The translations under genes and the position numbers were made by a program. The notes beneath the pieces are model-generated. The model saw only the letters and a list, made by a program, of their open reading frames with translations. It had not been told where the DNA came from and made no database searches. DNA of 64,000 nucleotides from contig NC_134027.1 of assembly GCF_964204645.1 (NCBI RefSeq), positions 2,636,485 through 2,700,484 on the forward strand, given 5' to 3'. Within the stretch, counting starts at the first letter, position 1, and each line of letters opens with the position of its first letter. Below, one piece after another: positions 49,636-61,422 of this stretch. Source of the stretch: Tubulanus polymorphus. Lineage: Eukaryota > Animalia > Nemertea.

Positions 49636-52600
49636 CTAAACCTTCGGAGCACTTCGGTCATTGGTCAGAGTCTTTTTCAAGCGAAGTCCGGTGCGAATAT
49701 CACCGAGTAAAGCTTGTCTGCCGGATGATGATGATCGTGTGTTGGTCACTTCGGGAACAGAAGTTAATGATGGAGTAGATTGAATACGCTGTATAGGTGG
49801 GGGTGGGGGTGGGGGTAAAGGAGCTCTAGTTTCACCACTGCCTGATTTTCGCCTTCGTGATTCAATACCTGTAGAACTTGATCTTCGCTTTTTCCGAGTT
49901 CTGAAGAAAGAAGAAATATTTCAGTACCCAATAAAATAAGAATCACCGGTAAGTCTGAAAAATAAAACTGAAATATTTTACCTGCCAGAGTCAGTTTCAT
50001 CTTCAGTACTTGTATATGCAGGGGCTGAACCTTTCCTTTCCCGAGGCTTGTAAGCTTTCTTTGATCTCGTTGACTTCAGCAACTGCTTCATGTTCGCGGT
50101 CAAAAGAACCTAGAGTCGAATCATAAGGAACATCAAATGCCGTAAAGTATTAAATGAGAAATTAACACGAGAATACAGAGTAACAGATTTTCATCGATTG
50201 TGGATCTATGAGAATGTCGACTCACCGGAGCAGGGTTGAACTTTTTCAAAGCTTGAAGGGTTACATCTGCGAAGAATGGATGGTTAATTATCTATAAGGG
50301 AAATTAGCAGACAGTTCATACAAAGAAACTAGAGAGCATAGATGAATTTAATACCGGTAATATATGAAAACAAACCTCTTTTATAGTTGGGTATTTTCTG
50401 CTCTCATTCTCAAATATATAATTTAGGAGCTGAAAAAATATTCAAATTATTATCAATAAGAATCGGTGCCTGAAAGAGAAAGAATCGTGAAGTGAAAATA
50501 TAAACTCACTTCAACAATAGTTGTATGTTGAATGTGTATGATTTGCTGTGGTTCAGGATGGGCAGTGCTACATTCACAACCAGCACTCATCTCAAATATC
50601 AAATGACCTGCGTAGAATTATCGATATCGATTAATGATTATTCGATTCTTGCAGCCAAGAAAAATAAATCTCTCAATTCCTACCGAAGCACAAGGTTTCG
50701 ATTGCATCCCTGTTATCTTTTAACTTCTTCTTGACGAGAGGAAAGATCTTTGGCGTGCTTCCAAAAAAGTTTGATTCGTACGCAGCAATTCTAGAATTAT
50801 CAATCAGGACACATTTCATTAAATTCAGATTACACCGTGAGTTTTTTATCATATAGCAGATCTTACTTACTTGCAGGTCATATTCTGAACCATGATATTA
50901 CCAGTATGCAGATGGGCATGTGGGGGAAAACCTTTCTCGCTCAAAAACTGTAAACCTTTAAGTATTTGTAGACCAAACATTTTCACATGTTCTATCGGCA
51001 ATCCTTTAGCTCTGAACTGATATTTCGCTTGATAACTATCCATACAGCGACTCTAGATTGAAATATAAAATTCATAGATAATATGAATTTTTGATAATAT
51101 CCATGGACGTAATTTCAATATCAAGATAAATAGTGATGTACTTATAGATCTTAGGAAGAGAGTTCAAATATCCGAATAACCATAGAAGCGATAACATTAA
51201 AAATCTCATTTTCTAATGAGTAAATACAGTTTATTAACACGAACGTTTTCGGGATCATATCCCCTCATCAGGTGAAATACAAGTGAATCAAATGATTAAA
51301 CTACAGGTTTATATACAACATAAGTTACAAAATTACAAGTGCTAAATTCTAAGCTAATTACAATTCTAGACAAAGGTTCATCTGATCTCGACTGTAAAAT
51401 TAGGGAGGCCCTGTTTATTAAAGCGCAACGACCCTCTTTAAATCAACAATTATTTCAAAACGGCTCATCCTTTATCCTAAATGTATTCAAATAATTAGTT
51501 TGTAATTAAATACTTGGTTTGTAATTAGCTTAGAATTTAGCACTTGTAATTTTGTAACTTATGTTGTATATAAACCTGTAGTTTAATCATTTGATTCACT
51601 TGTATTTCAAGTGATGTACTTACCCTGTAAATAACATCTTTAAGACTTCCACCTTCATTGTACGACTGGAACAAGGTGATAAATCTTTCAGACGTGCATG
51701 CATCTACTTCAAATACTGGATAAATGAACGGATACTGAAAACAGATAAACAAACATACCACAGATAAATCATAGATATTACAGTAATTAGCCTGGACTGA
51801 ACTTACTTGCAAAGAGTGCAGCAAATCATTCAGAACTTTGTTTGTAGGACGGTCTAGATTTATCAAACAATCAACATGTCGTGGAGACATGGTCATTATC
51901 AGTTCAACTTTCTGACCAGATTTTACTAAGAAATGACTGCAGTCAAGTCTATTACCTGTAAAAATAAAATTACGCAAATCCATAATTGGCTCAACTATTG
52001 AAGATCTAATTTCAACATTAAGCTTTTTTTACTAACCTATATCACCAAGTTGCTGTTGGAATTTATACTTTTCATTTGATCGTAAATAAAATTGACAATT
52101 CATCAAAGCTGTGTCTAAATGAAATAGAAGGAAAAGTTAAGAAGTAGATATATGATGTGAATTCAGCTTTTCATACTTCAAGTAACTCACCCCTGAATTC
52201 ATTTCTGGCTGCTTGTTTTTCCATTTGAATTTTATGTGGCAATGCAAGGTCCTCATTGAGCGCAGTATAATCATATCTACGATGACGCCTTGAGAAAAAG
52301 ATTTTGAAATAATTATGTACTTATTATTAAAACCAATATTGTGTGTGGGTTGAAGGAAATAAAAAAACTCAGTTCAATTACCTGCACCTACAAATTAACC
52401 AAACAATAAGCACAATTAAACATGTTCCCACAATACCAATAAATGCAGCAACCTAAAATTGAACAAATATAAAGCATGTAGAAAAAAATTGGTGGACTGA
52501 CAAAGCGGGATTCGAACCTATAACTTGACAATTCTTTAAATCACAAGACCGTGACATTTTGACTGAACAGAAATAAGTCTAGGTTTGCTCCTCGGTAAAA

Positions 52601-52656
52601 ATAAACAAATATAATATTACCCAAGCGTTATCAGCAAAGAATTCCTTGATTCCCAT
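49636..52656 (-). CDS. Slob: Slowpoke-binding protein (Slob)/PXK-like pseudokinase with C-terminal poly-Pro and WH2 domain
   Basis: Exons give YPFIYPV..GSLKDVIY, QILKGLQFLSEKGFPPHAHLHTGNIMV (no HRD), PPPPPPP and WH2 GRQALLGDIRTGLRLKKTLTNDRSAPKV*. N-terminus MGIKEFFADNAW + hydrophobic exon + RRHRRYDYTAL. Confidence 0.85.
51158..51609. mobile_element. Truncated Penelope-like retroelement with inverted pLTR, in a Slob intron
   Basis: + strand 51363-51494 encodes ILDKGSSDLDCKIREALFIKAQRPSLNQQ...FK*, typical of the C-terminus of PLE GIY-YIG endonucleases; ~91-bp inverted repeat 51273-51363 / 51519-51609. Confidence 0.88.
51233..51279 (-). ncRNA. Type I minimal hammerhead ribozyme in the Penelope pLTR
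   Basis: Minus strand CAC-CUGAUGA-GGGG(AUAUGA)UCCC-GAAA-ACGU-UC-GUG: intact catalytic core, stem II, palindromic stem III, UUC cleavage triplet. Confidence 0.85.
52489..52530 (-). repeat. tRNA-like (B-box/T-arm) fragment, probably SINE-derived
   Basis: Minus strand GGTTCGAATCCCGC...CCACCA followed by a T run; no complete cloverleaf recognisable. Confidence 0.35.
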
Positions 52657-53206
52657 ATCTAATGCTCAGTATTGACAGTTACAGTAACCAATTCGTGCAT
52701 TTTGGTAAGGATTCAGGAAAGAAGAAAATAACGGGAAACTACGGAATAGGGAAAACCCACTTCTGATTGGGACTGGCATCTAGTCTAGTTACCGGCCTGG
52801 GACAGGCAACCAGTCTAGGCAAGAAAAGTTCGGCGAGCTAGATAGCAGCACCGTACGGTCACCTAGCGGAATTTCTCAGAACTAATATAATACCACAGCT
52901 CACTATTGAGTTGCGAATTAAGAATAAAACTCTTTTTCAACATCTAGTGCAGCAATCCTAACTGTCAACGGAAAGGGGACTGTTAGATCGCTGTTTGTTT
53001 ATCCCATGTTCTAATTCTACCCCACAAAAGACATTAGTTCAAAGAAATTCCGCTAGGGAACCGTATGGTGCTGTCACCGTTGCGCGATAATTCTGAAGGT
53101 CGTAGAATGATTATTTTGTCTTTGTTAATTTCTACTCTTAATTTATTCATAATTAAACTGTTGAAAACCCGGTTAACCCGAATTGCTTAGATTCAGTGTG
53201 TAAGAT
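52657..53206. promoter_or_regulatory. Bidirectional promoter region Slob / BRD7-9
   Basis: Divergent start codons 550 bp apart; contains a ~31-bp inverted motif pair at 52846-52876 and 53043-53073. Confidence 0.7.
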
Positions 53207-56200
53207 ATGGGTAAAAAGCACAAGAAGCATCATAAGCATGAAAAATCTGAGAAACGTTCGAGCAAAAATAAAACTGACAGTGATACTGAATATGAAGAAG
53301 GTATTTAATTTATCAATCAATTAAAAAGTCTGCTTTCCCTTGCTCTTACGGATGGGGATGCCTGCTGACTGGATCTACATCAGGCTGCCATAGGACTTAA
53401 GGTTATATTCTAAAACTCGTGTATTTCAGAACAAGAAAAAGATGAAGAAAAGCCATTGAAATTAGTGTTGAAAGTCGGAGCTACAACAAGTAGTCAGGAT
53501 TCGGATCAGGTTTATCCGAGTGCAGAACCGTCATATCACGAACGAAAACACAAACATAAAAAGAAGAAAAGGAAGAAAGATCGCAGTGAGAAAGAAAAAG
53601 AGAAACATCGTCATCATGAAGTTAAGAGGGTAAGTAAAGACTCGCTGTTGAAAATTGAATATAACTTATCTGAACCAAGAACTGAAAATCATTGGAAAAA
53701 TGAGTGTGAGAAAATTTTGAAACATTCTTTTTTCAGGCGAAACGGAAATATGAAGAGGATGGAGACGAGGATGAAGAAGATGATGACGATGATGAAAATG
53801 ATGAAGATTATAAAGGTGAAATCGATGCGATAGAGGAAGATGAAGATCTCGTAGTACGGAAGGATGATATCGGTGATAAAAAGTTACGTGAACCGCGTAG
53901 CTGTACGATGAAAACTAACAGCGACGGTGCTTTACCTGTTTGTCTCGATTATATACATAATCTCTGTCAAAAGTAAGTTATTGTAGTTCTACATCTTTAA
54001 ATAACAAAATAGTCAACTATGGCACTAGAGGATCACACTTGTCGCAAGAGCATGACTGATTTATCGTTCCCCAGATTCAACTAAAATCTATCCGTAATTT
54101 TCTTGAATTCGATGAAATAGTTTCTTATGTGGTAATTCAAATGTTGATATATCACCGAAACGAGATTATCTTTTTGATAGGAAAGACGTAAATGGATTCT
54201 TTGCTTTCCCGGTCAATGATGTCATCGCTCCTGGTTATTCGTCAATTATAAGCGAACCGATGGACTTCAGTACCATGAAAATAAAGATTGATGATAGCGA
54301 TTATTCCAATGTGATGGAATACAAGGTAAAATCTTCATCGTTTCAACGTTTAATCGAAGCGTATGAAATATTGACTTAATGAGTTTGTATTTTCGATATC
54401 AGCGAGACTTCAAATTAATGTGTGAGAACGCGATGACCTATAACAGACCGGAGACTATTTATTACAAAGCTGCCAAGAAACTATTACAGAGTGGTTTGAA
54501 AATTCTCAGCAAGGTTTGTAAACTAACTACAATGGAACCTCGTTTTAACAAAGTATCGATTATAATGAACATATTGTCCGCTCGCCTGAAGTTCATTGTA
54601 TTATGATTCTGTTGTCACTGAAATATTTTGCAGGATAAACTCGTACAAATGAGAAGAAACCTATCATTTTTGGCGTGTATATCCGATCAGGAACTGGGAT
54701 TGGATGCACCAGATCCTGCACCTGATATTGAATTACAGCAAATGAAAGCGGCTGACAAAGAAAGAAAGAAAATGAAAGCTAAGATGAACCAAAGGTAATG
54801 CTTCTAAGACTTCTCAGTTTTTAATGACATGCACAAGCATATTTCCAGGGATCCTGCGAGTTTGTTTAAAATAAAAATCTAAATGAATTCACAAATTTGT
54901 ATAATATCTCATAAAGGGTGTTTACTTTTCATATAAAGATTGCTTTTTCTTATGAATCTGCCCTTAAGAACAGGGTCCCTACAAGTCCTTGAATCCTTGA
55001 AAACTCCTTGATTTTTGAATATATTTTTCAAGGTCCTTGAAAATCCTTTAATTTTGAGAAATATCCATAAACTCCTTAAATTCTGGGAAAGTCCTATTAA
55101 AAATTTTCAAAAAGTCCTTTTCAGAAGACAGTGTATTCAATTATTCTTCATTGTGTGACTTGTGAGTGAAAGTTGTTTCACTTTGAGATTTAAAACATTT
55201 AAACATGTAAAACCAAAACGGCACACACAACAACTGATCAAAATTTGAGAAAAACATGGATTTTGTTTTTGAATTTTCGACTTTTTTTCCTTATATATGA
55301 CCGCGAAAACCTCCTTGAATTTTGAAAATTACTCCTTGAAAATTCCTTGAAAAGTCCTTGAATTCTGGATACCAGTAATTGTAGGAACCTTGAAGAACCC
55401 TTTGATGGTATTCCTAACACATGTTACGTTCGTTTCAGTTTGAGTAAATATGAAGCAGTTCCTGACAACTTAACAGCGAATGAGATTTTAGAACAAGCTC
55501 AAGCAGCGTCGAAACATGCTTCCGATATGTTGACTCTGCGCAAACCGAAGACCAGCTTCGGATTTTTGCGACGGCAGAAAGATGGAACCACGACAATGAA
55601 ACTACTTAACCACGAAAATGATGGAATATGTATGTTTCAGATTTTTTGAATTTTCGCAGTCAAAACCGCTAAATCTGGATCATTTGGGACCAATGAAATC
55701 CATCTGTTAATATACTTTCTAATTCAACATCATATTTTACATACCTGTTACATGTATGTTTACATAGATGAATCATGAATTATATCAGGATCGGGTCAAA
55801 AAAAGTATTGAACTGGGTAATCCTGATTAGGTGGCTTTGGCTGTTTTTATGAAGTAAAGCAATTAAGTAATTTAAAGTATGTTTTACATGATTACAGTGA
55901 ATGAAAAGGAAAGGGTGGTAAATATGGGGTCATTAGTCGGTAAACTGACAGCTGGTAGTGGAAGTCTTCCTGGGTTCAAAGAAGAAAAGCGTAACCAAGT
56001 AAAACCAGGTATTTAACAAGCCCTATACGATCAATGATGTAGTTTTGATGATCTGCTCGGTGTTCGCTTTATACAATTGTGTTTGTGTCTATTCTATAGT
56101 GAATTATTTGAATTACGGTCCATTCAGCAGTTACGCACCGATCTACGATTCCAGTTTCGCTTCGTTGAGCAAGGAAGAATCCGATATATTATTATCTTGC

Positions 56201-57883
56201 TACGGAACTGAGACTTGTGTCAATTACGCTACGAGGTAAATATAAACACAATTCATGTATACGTCAATAAACACGATTGTTCGTATACTCTGCAGAAAAC
56301 AGTCCCATGTTTTCAGTTTACAAGAATTTGTCGAAGATTGTGGAGATTACACTGTTAAAATGGTTGATCGAATGCTCGATATTCTAACAAGAGGTGAACA
56401 TTCTAAAGCTAAAGCTAAAGTGGATGAGGTATGTTTTTAATGCATATAGCATATACTGCTCGAGTTGTATACCGTGTGTATTTTACTTGAAGAACCTTGT
56501 ACTTTTGTGTGTTTAGTTGGAGAAGGAAATTGCGGCTAAGCAGAAAGTTGATGAATCTTTGAAACAAGCAGCACCAACCACTAGCAAGGTAACTGAGTCC
56601 ACTCGTGCCTCATTCATTCTTGACATCTGGCCGGTATGAATTCCTACATTAATATGTTGAAATTTATGAACAATTTTTCAGAGTGAAGCTAATTCCGACA
56701 GTAAGGTTGACTTTAATAACCTGCGAACTCTTTCAAACATCGGAATCGACACATCTTTCCTTGATACATTTGGTAAGAGTTAATAATAACAGTGACATTT
56801 TTTTTAAAGTTCATTTCTTATGAGATGAGTTGTATAAGTGCTGTGATAACCTGTGTCAAATCAGTAATGTGAAACTCAAGTTCTTTATTACTAACATATC
56901 TGTCTTCAGTTTTCCGTATTTTCGATAATTTTTTGTTTTCAGAAAAAGAAATGAGGCAGGAAAATAAAACCGAAGTCGTTCAAAAGAAATTGGATGAAAC
57001 GTCAGGTTTTATTAAAGATCTAGAACGAGTACAGAATGAACGATTGAGTAGACAACCACCCCCGCATTTATCCTATATTCCTGGGCCTTCTCCGACTGAA
57101 ATTCAACTAGGTAACCACAGATTTAATACATGTTTGAAAACAGAGTCAGTTTCAAATAGTTATTCTTTTATTGTGTATTACATTTATTTTGTTTCAGCCG
57201 AGAAAGTAACCAAAGGATTAACAGATCTGACTAAACAGGTAAAATATGTTTTTTTTTAAATGAAACATAAGGGACCATTCATTAATTGACCTCATTTCCC
57301 AAGTGCATAATGCTTGTGTGGAACAATCAGGAAATAATTGGACAAGAACCCAGGGTCCAGTTCCACAGTTGTGAGTTAAGATTTGACCCTGGGTTAAAAC
57401 ATCGAAAATGAACTAACTTTAACTCTGAGTCAACTCTAACTCACAACTGTGGAACTGGGTCCTGAGTATTTTGCGTACATACTTCTACTTTGGTTGATGA
57501 TGCGGAACTTCATTTCATAATGATTCAATATTTTGTAGGTGAAACCTGGGGATGTTGTATCAGCAACAGGAGTACGTAAAGCATTAGGAATCACTGTAGA
57601 CCAAACATCAGACGTTCCTTCATCCAGCGATGATGAGGATGATGATGATGATGATGAAGAAGACAAGGAAAAACGAACACCGCAATCACTGACACCAGAG
57701 GACGAGGAGGTCGCTAGTCCCGATGTAGAAATGGAGGAGGATAGAAACGTCGATGAATTCAGCGATGAAGCTTTGAATCTTCAGTCGAGTCAGAGTCCAC
57801 CGACTACAGGAGACGAGAAGGAAAGTGGGACAGCTGATGAGTTAAATGAAAATGATGATGATGTAGAATCTATGGAAATCTAA
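53207..57883 (+). CDS. BRD7: Bromodomain-containing protein 7/9 homolog (~15 exons)
   Basis: MGKKHKKH start, KPLKLVLKVG, bromodomain GFFAFPVNDVIAPGYS..PMDFSTMK and DFKLMCENAMTYNRPETIYYKAAK, YLNYGPFSSYAPIYDS, Q.ERLS..PP. BRD7 and BRD9 cannot be distinguished by eye. Confidence 0.95.
54971..55392. mobile_element. MITE with 14-bp TIRs and TCCTTGAA subterminal repeats
   Basis: CAGGGTCCCTACAA...TTGTAGGAACCTTG, flanked on both sides by AAGAA (5-bp direct repeat). Confidence 0.8.
57354..57461. mobile_element. Small hairpin MITE, PIF/Harbinger-like
   Basis: CCAGTTCCACAGTTGTGAGTTA...TAACTCACAACTGTGGAACTGG inverted arms; CAG/CTG flanks; about the same size as the element at 27972. Confidence 0.7.
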
Positions 57884-58781
57884 GTTGAACAAATTCTCTA
57901 CTTTAATGAATTGATTTCTTATTTCTCTACTAAATTTATGAGGATTATATTGCGTCTCCAAGTAAGATGTGTTCTCTTGTAAAAATTTATGTTTAACCTT
58001 ATTTATGTATGTTTCAATTACATGTACATGTACGTGAAACATTTGTACGGAAATAAAATACCATTCATTCATACATATATCATCTATTTACTTGCAAATC
58101 CCTTCTAGTTGTCAGGGTAAATGTACCAAAGATTTTATGGGACACAGCGCCAATTTAGGATAAGAAGATCACCAAAAACAACTGATTAAATTACGGATGA
58201 ATGTCAACAATTGTTTTATTATCCTCATTATAAAAACAAAACTAATAAAAATCAAATCAAAATTAAGTTCTAATTAAACAATAACTAATTGAATTCGAGT
58301 AACAACTATTCTTGTGTAGATAAGATGTCACGTTCTGTCTCTGGAGTGTTATACTACTTCACAAACCTGAAAGTAGATCATACAGTACGTGTTACAACAA
58401 TGAGCAATAATAGGTGAACCACAAAATCATTCTATTCAGATATTAAAGTAAGAAGCAGTTCATCAAATGGTCACATTTAAATAATTTGTCCATGTATTGA
58501 ATGTCCAAGCTCTATTAACACTCAATGCAAGTTTTACTGTACTTAATGAATGGTTGCTAACCCTTTCAAATGATGAGGGCTAGTCTGCATCGGAGAATAA
58601 AGCACTTGTCGAACGCGTGGAGTTTCAGGGTCGTATGGGTTCGGCGTTTTCACTTCTTTCAGTTTCAAATCAAACATGTACGGAGATGATGCCGGACTAA
58701 AATGATAAAATCATTCTCATACTACATAACTGAAAGTCACGTATATTTATCTATAATGATATAATCATGCATGTACACCTA

Positions 58782-60524
58782 CTATTTGCCGTGATAAACA
58801 GGTGAAGGCGTTCCCGGAATAATACCTCTTTTACCATGATACGGTGGAGTCCTCAATGAAATTCGATGGCTTGAAATCTGCATATTCTGTTGCTGAATTC
58901 AAGATTGATGCAAGATGATTTTTGTTATCGGTACGAGTACAAAATGTTGTTACAGTTGTTAATCTACAATTCTACGAAATTAGTTTGCCATGTCATGAAT
59001 TGAAAAATGATGTTGAATGAAGTAGAGGCAATTGGCTCATGGTAGCAAGCGGAGGCTACACAGAACGTAGAAATATCAACAGTTAAATTACTTATGAGCG
59101 CGAATTAAAATCAAACTCAAATTTAACAAAACTGAACCACTTTTTACTTACTGAGCTGGTTATTTGAGATGATTGGGACATAAGTCGTGATGCTATGTTG
59201 TTAATTTGTGGACTGGACCTTACAATACACAATAGTGAAACAGATTTGTAAATTTCATGGAAATATATTTGATTAACCTACATAGATCTATGAGGATGGA
59301 ATGGTATAATATACCTGGTATTAGAAGGGCTCCCACCCTGAAATAAAATCCAAATAAACTTTTTAAATGAAGATTGATGTCATGCGATAAAATATCAAAC
59401 ACAAATAAAAAATTTAGAAACGAGAATGATTTTACTCTGCCTCCTGCTATCGCCTTCTTCAAGTATGAATTCTCTTGCCTCAGAAGTAGAACTTCCCTGA
59501 AATAAGAAAGAAATCATTTTGAGCAGTAAATTTTCAGTGCTTACCCAGCAAACTAAACATTTATATGAATCAACTCACTTTTCAAGCTTTTGTATTTGTT
59601 CACCAGCTTTCTGAAACCCTTTCACTTTATCCATAATTGTATTTTGTCGGCTCAGCTACAAACAAGGAATGAAAGAACTTTTTTCCTCATTGGTTTATCA
59701 AAGGTAAGAAATTACGCGGAAATCACAACAAAATTTCGTCAAAGTTTTGTAAATTTCACATAGTTCAAAGAAATTTCAACAATTTTCACCAATTTGTCAC
59801 ATATATTTTGCCACCACCACTACACAAGATAAAATAATTATTTCTTACCAACTGTTTACGATGACTGTACAGTCTGAGTCGATGGTTCCTTTGGAATTCA
59901 ATCACCTTTTGAAATAGAACATTCAAAATCAATTCATGGGTTCACTAAAAGATAGTTCAATCCAGCAGCAGGCATGCGCTGCTCTGGCTGGTAGTTTAAT
60001 GTTTCCTGCATTTACCTGCACAATTTGCTTGTAATTCTTCTTCAACAAATACAAAGGATCAGAAAAGAAAATTTCCACTTCTGGTCTCATCTAGAAAATT
60101 GGAAACGGAACTTAATTTACTCCGCCTTTGGGGACAAATTTAATCTAGGCCGAGCCAAGTTCGATGTGTTAAAACACAAGTTAAGCGTTGGACAATTAAT
60201 ACCGTCATTAATACTAACCTTGTTTGATATCAATGGGGTTGAAGTGCAACGATTCCCACAAATTTTACACTTTTCATTTTTTTCTACATAAAACAAGAGA
60301 TAACCGAAAAAATTAGCAGGAAAAAAAGAAAGGGGCATCTTCGATCATGATCAGTGACCGTGACAAGTGTGACTGGAGTCAGTAAGTAAGGTGCACACGT
60401 GAGTGAGATAAGTACCACCATTCTGCAAACAATCATCACAGAACACATGTCCGCAGCTAGTCAAAAAGAATTTTAATCCATCAGGTTGTCGGTAACATAA
60501 ATTACAATGCACCCAATCGGCCAT
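58782..60524 (-). CDS. RNF212: RNF212/RNF212B (Zip3-family) meiotic RING E3 ligase; 3' end uncertain
   Basis: [33 protein letters not shown] + [12 protein letters not shown], then [19 protein letters not shown] coiled coil and a Ser/Pro-rich tail with RISLRTPP; matches the RNF212 pattern (MANWVFCNRC...ILEFQEKHR). Confidence 0.9.
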
Positions 60525-61422
60525 CCACACGCAGGGGCAAGGTACAATTTATTTACAAATTTAAGACAATTTTCAAAAAACAAAGTATTTCCGCGTCCAC
60601 ACACGCATGCCAATTATCGCGCGACACAATAGCCACATTTAGGTTCGAATCCCATAACAGAATTTTTAAAAAGAACTCGCGGTCTTGAAAAAAGTTAACT
60701 AAGTCATCTATTTCAATGCAACATATCATATATACAATTAACCAGGAAAATGATGTGCAATTACAAAAATATGAAACAAAATTCATAACAAAGGCTACAA
60801 AAGACCGGATTAAAAGGCTCTACCGGTTTTCCATTTCTTGTGGCCCGAATAAGTATATCCCATTGCTCACGCGCCAAATTATTTAGCTACTCATTGCATA
60901 ATTCATACCCCAATTTGTAGATGTATGTTTTGTTTTGCCTTCTTGTTGAAGACGATGGAAGCAGTAGTATGCTGATGGTACCGCAGAACTCTCGTCCCCA
61001 GTAGCCTACCCGCGGCCCTGTTTGATTTATGCAATTCCATCATAAATAAACTATACGTAATATATAAAAAATACATGCGATAACCAGGATGTATTTTTGG
61101 TTTATATTCCTAGTGTAATTTCGCGTTCCATTATTGAATATCGTTGTGAAAGAAGGAAATTAAATCAACAGAAAAGAATACTTAAAATTCAAACTGTTTA
61201 CGTGACCGAGACACGGGAAACGTCCATCAGTTGTCACATCTTGGCTCAGCGGGTTCACTGGTTATCTCGAGGTCATTTTGATGGATCTAATCACAAAATG
61301 TTTATATCAGTTTTATATCCGCTCAAACACGGCAAACAGGCACAAATTATTCGCTATATATAGCCTATCATACGTTTATCCAGTCAATTCACAGACATTG
61401 AAGTCTTTTAATCTGATAATTC

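Noticed and set aside
58569-58640. Box C-like ATGATGA (snoRNA candidate)
   Set aside because: Antisense to the RNF212 gene, overlaps an exon-like block, and has no clear box D or terminal stem.
60642-60653. GGTTCGAATCCC B-box/tRNA T-loop upstream of RNF212
   Set aside because: No A-box or cloverleaf; not a tRNA gene, at most an isolated TFIIIC-type site.
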